DNA of 64,000 bases from Oscillospiraceae bacterium (GTDB lineage: Bacteria; Bacillota; Clostridia; Oscillospirales; Oscillospiraceae). Position 1 is the first letter of the stretch. Every line of letters starts with the position of its first letter. Position numbers and translations under genes: made by a program. The stretch spans positions 5,251 to 69,250 of the forward strand of contig JAFTIZ010000016.1 in assembly GCA_017456645.1 (NCBI GenBank). Direction: 5' to 3'. The notes beneath the pieces are model-generated. The model was not told the DNA's origin, made no database searches, and worked only from the letters and a program-made list of their open reading frames with translations. Below, one piece after another: positions 56,992 through 64,000 of this stretch.

Positions 56992-59900
56992 ATGAAAACA
57001 TATTTCATGAAACTGATGGCGTTTGTTCTGGCGATTGCTATGATGGTTACAGCGGTACCCGCGTATGCTGCTACATACAGACCGGGTGCACAAGCTGGAG
57101 CATCAAATTCCTATCAAGTTGGAAAATATTACAGTCATTATTTGCAGGTCCCGATTACGGGAGATAACCGTACGGACCTGATTGCGATTGCGCTTTCTCA
57201 GTTAGGATATCAGGAGGGCGCGGCGGACGGTTACTTCTCCGGTACGATTTCCGGAAGCAACAACTATACGGAATTTAGCTATAATATGGGCGATTTGGGA
57301 TTAGGCTACGGCGGCTCCGATTACCCGTGGTGTGCTGCGTTTGTGTCCTGGTGTCTTTATCAGTCCCGCTGTACGAACCATGCTACATACAGCACACTGT
57401 GCCGTTATCATTCCGGGGACTATAACTACATCTGGAAAGAGATCAGCTGTGCCATGTGGGTCAATCAGCTGAAGGGCGCAGGATATTTTTCTTACAGTGC
57501 CAGCATGGGTGGCTCCTATACGCCTCAGTACGGCGATCTGGTATTCTTTAAGAGCTCAAGCAGCCCGTCCCATATCGGCATCTGCCTTTATGTCAAGGAT
57601 GGTGTGCTTTATACAGTTGAAGGCAATACCAGTGATGCTTCCGGCCTGGAAACCAACGGCGGCGGTGTTTACTTTAAGAGCTACTCTTTGGCCAGTACAT
57701 ATCTATATGGTTTCGGCAGACTTCCTTATGTGTCTGACAGCTCAGTTACAAAGATCGACTACAGCGGTGAAAATCCCACGCCGGGTCTGTATATTTCCAA
57801 TGCTGCGAAATATATTTACGATTCGGAAACGGCTACTACCTATACATATGTGATCCCCAGATTCTCTATGTTTGAGATCACAAGAGTAGGCTCCAACAAC
57901 AGACTTTACGGCACATTTGTCAATACTGCCGGTCAGACCTGTACCGGCTGGATCGAAAACAATTCCAGCCGTATCATTCAGATTTCTGCAAGCAATGTGA
58001 TTTCCGGTTCCTGGCATTACGATGGTGTTGGATATAAGTATCAGTATTCCGACGGAACCTTTGCTCCCCAGGGATGGCTTCAGGATCCGGATAACAATGC
58101 TTGGTATTACATCGGTGCGGATGGCTATGCCGCAGGAGGTTGGCTGTATTTGGATACCGGTACATTCTATCTGGATCCGAACTCCAAAGCAATGCTGACC
58201 GGCCATCTGTATATTGACGGAATATGGCATTACTTTAACAGCGACGGCTACCTCTGTGACGGCGACTGGGTCTCTGACGGAGTGGGGTATATGTTCCGCT
58301 TTGTGGATGGCACCTATGCAATCAACTGCTGGGTGGACGATCCCAGAAATAACTATGCAAGATACTATCTGGACGCCAGCGGACATGTGGTATGCGGCTG
58401 GCAGACCATCGGCGAAGAAACATATTATTTTGATCCGGGTTCAAACGCACTGCTTCGCGGTTGGCTGTATATCGACAACAACTGGTATTATATGGACAGC
58501 ACGGGAGCCATGCAGACCGGCTGGATCGAGTTGGATGGGGCTCATTATTACCTAAACCCCAGTACCGGCGCCATGGCAACCGGGACGCAGGACATAAACG
58601 GCTCTACCTGCACCTTTGACGAGAGTGGCAAACTGGTAAGCGGCACCATCATTGAGGATACGGATGCTGTGAATCCGACTCCGGAGGAACCCTCCGGTTC
58701 GCCCGGCTATGACAGCTATACCGGCGGGATGGCAGCCAACGGCATCGGTACGGTATACGCAGAGGGAATTGATATTTCCAAATGGAACAACGGCGATGAT
58801 TGGTCTACGCTGAAACTGAACCTGGAGGCTGTTGCTGCAGCAGGATATGATTTTGTCATTATGCGCTGCGGTTCTACAAACAAAGGCGAAGATCCGATGT
58901 TTGATATGTACTATGATGAGTGCAAGCGTCTGGGACTTGATGTAGGTGTATATTTCTATACCTACGCTCTGGATGCGGCGACCGCACTGAGCGATGCGCA
59001 GAAATGCTTGAGCTATATCGAAGGCAAGCAGCTCGAATATCCTGTTTATCTTGATTTTGAGGATCCAACCCACGAGAATATTGGAGGAACACTGTCGGCA
59101 GAAATCTGCAAGACCTTCCTGGATGCGGTTGCGGCAGAAGGATATCTGACCGGACTTTACAGCTACAAGAGCTGGCTGGAGCTTGACTGGGTCACAAACT
59201 CCGGTATTCGTAATAAATACGAGGCATGGGCGGCCTATCCTGTAACGAGCCAAAACCATGCGCTGTATGATGTGGAAATGAGCCAGAAGTTTGGTATGTA
59301 CCAGTACACCTTTGAAAAGGTGATTCCCAATGCGGGCACCTTCGATGCCAATGTATGCTATAAGGATTATCCCACGATTGTGAAAACCTATGGGTTTAAC
59401 AATTACGGTGCATCTTCCTCGCTCAGTGCTTCCTGGGTACAGGATGAAAACGGCTTCAGATACCAGTACTCGGACGGCAGCTATGCCGGTGCCGGATGGC
59501 TTTATGATGAAAGCTGCAGCGCATGGTACTATTTGGATGCCAATGGTTATGCGGTCAGCGGCTGGGTAGAGGATAGTGGCAAGACCTATTACCTGTGTCC
59601 TACTTCCAATGCTATGGTTACCGGACACAGATATATCGACAATGTTTGGTATTACTTCGATGCCAGCGGCGCATTGATGACCACCGGCACTTGGGTGGCC
59701 ACGGCAGATGGCGTAAAATACCAAATGGGCGACGGCACCTATGTGGTAGCTCAATGGGTGGACGATTTCTCCAATGGCGGTGTCCGCTACTATATGGACG
59801 AAAACGGCTACGCGGTAGGCGGCTTCAATACCATTGACGGAACGCTCTATTACTTTGATCCGGTATCCCATGCGCTGCTGCGCGGCTGGCTGACGATCGA

Positions 59901-61938
59901 CGGAAACGTATACTGCACGGCCGCTGACGGCGCGATCCTGACCGGCTGGCAGTATATTGATGGGTACTATTATTACTTTGATGCCAATGGAGTGATGCAG
60001 ACCGGTTTTGTATATGTCGGCGGTGAGTATTATTATCTGGAAAGTGACGGAAAGATGGTTACCGGTTGGTTTACCTCTCCGTCCACAGGGTATGTCTACT
60101 ACTTTACCACTGATGGCGATATGACCACCGGCTGGCTCGAGCTTGACGGTGAGTGGTATTTCTTTGAAGATAACACCGAGAAACACTACGGCGCTATGCA
60201 AACCGGCTGGCACGTTTCCTCCGCATCGGGCTATACATACTATCTTGGCAATGATGGTAAGATGCTCAAGGGCTGGCAGGAGATTGACGGCGATACCTAT
60301 TATTTCCTGCCTGAGGACGAAAACTACGAGGGTATGATGTTTACCGGCCAGCAAGAAATTGATGGCGTGACCTATGTTTTTGCGGATGACGGCAAGCTAA
60401 TCGTAGATAAGACCCATGCTGTGACCTGGGATGAGTCCGATATTTACGTAATCACCACTGAGCAGGATCCTGCGAATATCACGGAAGGCGATAGCTTCAG
60501 CTTTAAGGTTGAAGTGAAGGCTGGTTATGTCGTGAATGCGGTAATCGCTAATTCTGAAATACTTGTTGCAAATCAAGGTGTTTATACGGTTGAGAATGTA
60601 ACTTCTGATTTTAAGATTTTGGTTATTACATATCAGACCGAAACGGTCACCTATCATAAGGTAAGTTTCCTTGACTATGACGGAAGCATTATCGACATTC
60701 AGTACATTGAAGAGGGCATGGCCGCTATAGCGCCGGAAAGCCCTGTCAGAAGCGGCTATACCTTCACAGGCTGGAATGGATCCTTTGACAGCATAATGGC
60801 GGATACTGAAATTACAGCGGTATATGAGCAGAATACGCCTGAAACGCCGGTTGCCGACCAGGGAACTCTTAAGATTGAAGTTTCCGGCGGAAAAGGGTTC
60901 ACGATCATCGTTGATAACGGTGATGCGCGCTCTCAGGGTACCTATTATGTCAATTCCAAGATGCCGGTGGGCAGCTATGTTACGGTAGAGGCCGTTGCCC
61001 TTGAAGATGCTGAATTCCTCGGCTGGATCAAGCCGTCCAACGGTAAGATTTTGTCTACGGATGCTACCTACAGCTTCTATACAGGCGGTAATGATTACAT
61101 CAAGGCCTTGTATAAGACGGATGTAGAGGGAGCAAGCTTCGTTGTCTTTAAGAACGACAAAACAGGCCAGTACTTTGATATGCAGTATTACGCAGCGGGA
61201 GATACGATCGTATTCCCGGATGATCCGGATTATTACGGCTATGATTTTGCCGGCTGGGATCATACTGCAGAAGAGATTCAGGCAAAGCTTGCCAATGGAG
61301 AAGATGTGTTGGTAACCGCCACATGGACGGTACGCCCGGTGTATGTGGGTATTACCGTGAATGGAGGCAGCATCACAGCCAGCACCGCGCCTAATGAAGA
61401 GGGCAAATATTTGTCCGGCAGACCGATTACCATTGAGGCGGCCGCCGCGGCGGAAGGTATGAAGTTTGCATATTGGGTGGATGAAAACGGCGATATCAAG
61501 AGCTATTCCTCTTCTTATACCTTCTACCTGTGTGACGATAAGGAACTGACAGCGGTATACGTAGGTGAAGAAGAAACGGTTTCCCAGGAAGTTCTGGTAT
61601 ATGTGGAATCTTTCGAAGGCAAGGATATCTACGGAACCTTTATCTATAGCTGGTCTGTTCCGGAAGAGGAGAATTCCTTGACCTATCAGGCATCCGGTAT
61701 CGTAGCTGTGGATAAAGAATACTATCAGGCAGATATACTGTATCACGGAACCACAGACAGCAATGTAAAGGATCGCAGCGTTTCCGCACCCTACAATACA
61801 GCATCCGGATCGTATTCCTGGACTGGGTATATTGATTCCGGAGAAAACTGGGTCGCTATGGCTTGGGTACAGTACACAGACAGCGATGGAAATACCTATA
61901 TCGCCTATTCTGAGCTGTTTGAAGTAACAAAAGAATAA
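56992..61938 (+). CDS. Multidomain cell-wall hydrolase: CHAP + choline-binding-like repeats + GH25 + repeats + C-terminal beta domains
   Basis: Signal peptide; PWCAAFVSW, SHIGI, VEGNT (CHAP); GIDISKWN, YLDFED, FDAN (GH25); many GW..WYY..G.M.TG repeats. Confidence 0.88.
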   Translation: MKTYFMKLMAFVLAIAMMVTAVPAYAATYRPGAQAGASNSYQVGKYYSHYLQVPITGDNRTDLIAIALSQLGYQEGAADGYFSGTISGSNNYTEFSYNMGDLGLGYGGSDYPWCAAFVSWCLYQSRCTNHATYSTLCRYHSGDYNYIWKEISCAMWVNQLKGAGYFSYSASMGGSYTPQYGDLVFFKSSSSPSHIGICLYVKDGVLYTVEGNTSDASGLETNGGGVYFKSYSLASTYLYGFGRLPYVSDSSVTKIDYSGENPTPGLYISNAAKYIYDSETATTYTYVIPRFSMFEITRVGSNNRLYGTFVNTAGQTCTGWIENNSSRIIQISASNVISGSWHYDGVGYKYQYSDGTFAPQGWLQDPDNNAWYYIGADGYAAGGWLYLDTGTFYLDPNSKAMLTGHLYIDGIWHYFNSDGYLCDGDWVSDGVGYMFRFVDGTYAINCWVDDPRNNYARYYLDASGHVVCGWQTIGEETYYFDPGSNALLRGWLYIDNNWYYMDSTGAMQTGWIELDGAHYYLNPSTGAMATGTQDINGSTCTFDESGKLVSGTIIEDTDAVNPTPEEPSGSPGYDSYTGGMAANGIGTVYAEGIDISKWNNGDDWSTLKLNLEAVAAAGYDFVIMRCGSTNKGEDPMFDMYYDECKRLGLDVGVYFYTYALDAATALSDAQKCLSYIEGKQLEYPVYLDFEDPTHENIGGTLSAEICKTFLDAVAAEGYLTGLYSYKSWLELDWVTNSGIRNKYEAWAAYPVTSQNHALYDVEMSQKFGMYQYTFEKVIPNAGTFDANVCYKDYPTIVKTYGFNNYGASSSLSASWVQDENGFRYQYSDGSYAGAGWLYDESCSAWYYLDANGYAVSGWVEDSGKTYYLCPTSNAMVTGHRYIDNVWYYFDASGALMTTGTWVATADGVKYQMGDGTYVVAQWVDDFSNGGVRYYMDENGYAVGGFNTIDGTLYYFDPVSHALLRGWLTIDGNVYCTAADGAILTGWQYIDGYYYYFDANGVMQTGFVYVGGEYYYLESDGKMVTGWFTSPSTGYVYYFTTDGDMTTGWLELDGEWYFFEDNTEKHYGAMQTGWHVSSASGYTYYLGNDGKMLKGWQEIDGDTYYFLPEDENYEGMMFTGQQEIDGVTYVFADDGKLIVDKTHAVTWDESDIYVITTEQDPANITEGDSFSFKVEVKAGYVVNAVIANSEILVANQGVYTVENVTSDFKILVITYQTETVTYHKVSFLDYDGSIIDIQYIEEGMAAIAPESPVRSGYTFTGWNGSFDSIMADTEITAVYEQNTPETPVADQGTLKIEVSGGKGFTIIVDNGDARSQGTYYVNSKMPVGSYVTVEAVALEDAEFLGWIKPSNGKILSTDATYSFYTGGNDYIKALYKTDVEGASFVVFKNDKTGQYFDMQYYAAGDTIVFPDDPDYYGYDFAGWDHTAEEIQAKLANGEDVLVTATWTVRPVYVGITVNGGSITASTAPNEEGKYLSGRPITIEAAAAAEGMKFAYWVDENGDIKSYSSSYTFYLCDDKELTAVYVGEEETVSQEVLVYVESFEGKDIYGTFIYSWSVPEEENSLTYQASGIVAVDKEYYQADILYHGTTDSNVKDRSVSAPYNTASGSYSWTGYIDSGENWVAMAWVQYTDSDGNTYIAYSELFEVTKE

Positions 61939-62059
61939 TGTGGTTATTGGTTTGTGTAAGCATCGCACCTCACCTCCTTCAAGGAGGGGGTGAGGCTGCG
62001 TCCTCCTACTTACAAAGGCCGATATCCATCAAGGAAACAAATTTCGGGAGGAAATGGAA

Positions 62060-64000
62060 ATGAAAAGAAACATCAGCACACGGATCTGTGCGATTTTGCT
62101 GATCGTCAGCATGCTGATACCGATGCTTCCGGTGGATGCGTTTGCTGCGGACACGGAAAGCACACAGGCGCAGGCGGTAGAAACGATTACGATCGTTGCA
62201 GGAACAGATTTCCAGGGTCGGGAAACAGAAACGGAATCCTGGGATTCTGACAATGCGGTTAACAAACGATTAGCGTCTATCACCAAGATTATGGACCAGA
62301 TCGTCGCCGCAAAGGGAGATACCATTGATAACTTCTTCTTCCTGGGCGATTATGCTTCGGAGACTGACACTGTTCAATCAGCAGATCAGAATCCTTACTG
62401 GAAAAGTAGACTCGGTCTTGTGAAATTGCGGGCGCATATGACGCAATATGTGTCCACAAAAGATGAAGCATCGTATAACGATATGTTCTTCGTTGAGGGT
62501 AACCACGAGTATGGTATGGGAGTGGAGCATGGCTTGACCGGCTCCGGTCCACACGACCGGGATGCCTTCGGTACCTTTATCATTGATGCAGAAGATCTGG
62601 AAAACTGGAATGATAACGGCACTTCAGAAGATGAGGTGAATGCTGTCGTTGCGTCAATGAAGGCCTATTTCGATGAAAAGATCGCTGAAGATTATAAGAA
62701 GCCGATCTTCATTCTTGCCCATTATCCTCTGCACTACTCTTTGCAGAGCTATTGGGGAGGTGCGTACCCCTATGCCTCTTACTTGGTAGATGTGATGAAC
62801 GACGCTGGTGCGGCGGGGTTGAACATTATCTATATGTTCGGCCACCAGCACTCCAGCTATTATACCGACTATCTTGGCGGAGAAGCGGTGTACCTGAAGC
62901 GCAATGATACCCTGCTGGTTCCCAATCCTGCTACCGTAGGAATGGAAAATGGAAGCTATATGAATAAGGGCTTGCCTCTGGCAAGCACGCTGCAGTTTAC
63001 CTACATGAATGCAGGTTATGTGGGCTATTACGGAGCGTATAACGACACAGATACCTCCGATCTTTCTATGACGGTTTTCCAGATCACCGGCAATGAGGTT
63101 ACCATAGAGCGATATAACGAAAATGGCCGGGTGGACCTGAAAAATAAGGGTGAATGGAGAACACACGACCCGAATTTCCCCGAAACAGCTGCATATTACG
63201 GTGTTACAGATGCATATCTGAATACCGCCTATACAACGGATATACTGACCCCCACGACGGGAAATGAATGGGTTCCGGTGTATACCTATGCATGGGAGCA
63301 GGCGGATGCGTTCTATAATGGTAACCAGTACTTGATCCTGACTGGAAATACGGGTGGAACCACTGCACAGGCGGTGGGCTTCGGCAACAAGGCATCTTAT
63401 GCCCAGGATCCAGACGGTAATTGGTACCAATATGTAACGGTTCTTAAGGATATTGCTGTGAATGCACCCAGTGGGGGAATCACACGACCTTATGTGGAAA
63501 CCCATGACACGGATCTGATGTTCCGCTTCGAGCAAAATCCTGACTTTACGACAGGAATGGGTGCGCCTACGGGCAAACTGTATGTATGTGATAATAGCCA
63601 GTTCCCCTTTGAAGAGCGGGGCTTGTACGGATTGTTTGCAGAGTATGCTGACGCGGCGTGGAACTGGGCCGTTGAAACCCCAGATACAGGAGCTAAAAGC
63701 TGGTCGAATGCGTTAATTCTGAAAACCACCGATTGGTCAGAAGCGGATATGCTGTACAATGGCGACGTAAACGGTCGATACACTTTTTGGTCCTACAATC
63801 CGTCCTATGGTGTGATGACCGCTTACGCCGGCGGACACGGAAACTACGGAGCAACATTTGCTGAAAATTGGCGGCTTTACCTTAGACATAGAGATGGCAA
63901 GCTGTTTACCCGTTGGGGCTCCGGTATTGCCAGCAGCTCCACCGGTGCTACCTATATCTATGGCCGTACCAATAAGATCAGCAGTACAGAATATGTGCAG
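62060..64000 (+). CDS. Secreted metallophosphoesterase-domain protein, runs off window end
   Basis: Own translation: GGGAGG RBS, signal peptide MKRNISTRICAILLIVSMLIPMLPVDAFA; GTDFQ, LGDY, GNHE, AHYPLH, FGHQH motifs. Confidence 0.8.
   Translation, partial: MKRNISTRICAILLIVSMLIPMLPVDAFAADTESTQAQAVETITIVAGTDFQGRETETESWDSDNAVNKRLASITKIMDQIVAAKGDTIDNFFFLGDYASETDTVQSADQNPYWKSRLGLVKLRAHMTQYVSTKDEASYNDMFFVEGNHEYGMGVEHGLTGSGPHDRDAFGTFIIDAEDLENWNDNGTSEDEVNAVVASMKAYFDEKIAEDYKKPIFILAHYPLHYSLQSYWGGAYPYASYLVDVMNDAGAAGLNIIYMFGHQHSSYYTDYLGGEAVYLKRNDTLLVPNPATVGMENGSYMNKGLPLASTLQFTYMNAGYVGYYGAYNDTDTSDLSMTVFQITGNEVTIERYNENGRVDLKNKGEWRTHDPNFPETAAYYGVTDAYLNTAYTTDILTPTTGNEWVPVYTYAWEQADAFYNGNQYLILTGNTGGTTAQAVGFGNKASYAQDPDGNWYQYVTVLKDIAVNAPSGGITRPYVETHDTDLMFRFEQNPDFTTGMGAPTGKLYVCDNSQFPFEERGLYGLFAEYADAAWNWAVETPDTGAKSWSNALILKTTDWSEADMLYNGDVNGRYTFWSYNPSYGVMTAYAGGHGNYGATFAENWRLYLRHRDGKLFTRWGSGIASSSTGATYIYGRTNKISSTEYVQ

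Noticed and set aside
57990-60400. Repetitive DNA as CRISPR or tandem array
   Set aside because: Degenerate protein-level cell-wall-binding repeats inside a CDS; no identical repeats with spacers and no cas genes anywhere in the window

Overview
64-kb chromosomal window from a GC-rich, spore-forming anaerobic Firmicute, most likely Clostridia/Oscillospiraceae-like (spoIVB, alpha/beta SASP, glgBCDA, iscSU+Rrf2, DnaD/DnaC-like pair). Three accessory modules stand out. (1) 3.9-9.7 kb: an intact, compact, head-only phage morphogenesis operon (short TerS, TerL, portal, prohead protease/scaffold, major capsid, three neck-sized genes). It has no integrase, replication, tail or lysis genes and sits between housekeeping genes, so it is a candidate domesticated GTA-like particle. 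(2) 39.2-45.3 kb, just downstream of tRNA-Leu(TAA) and bracketed by tRNA-3'-end/terminator direct repeats: an operon for a phytol-kinase/DUF92 fusion, a cis-prenyltransferase, a U32-like Fe-S enzyme, an HExxH protein, a 46-aa peptide missed by the ORF track (ending HADWIYSDSSDCCC), a DUF5685-like protein with Asp-rich prenyltransferase-like motifs, and a radical SAM/SPASM enzyme. This is a candidate prenylated radical-SAM RiPP system. (3) 45.5-56.7 kb: a second RiPP-like cassette (PqqD/RRE, 83-aa peptide, HPr-kinase-like protein, radical SAM/SPASM) interleaved with large secreted proteins, plus an orphan 49-aa peptide with the same leader pattern. All family assignments come from motif recognition by eye; no database searches were run.
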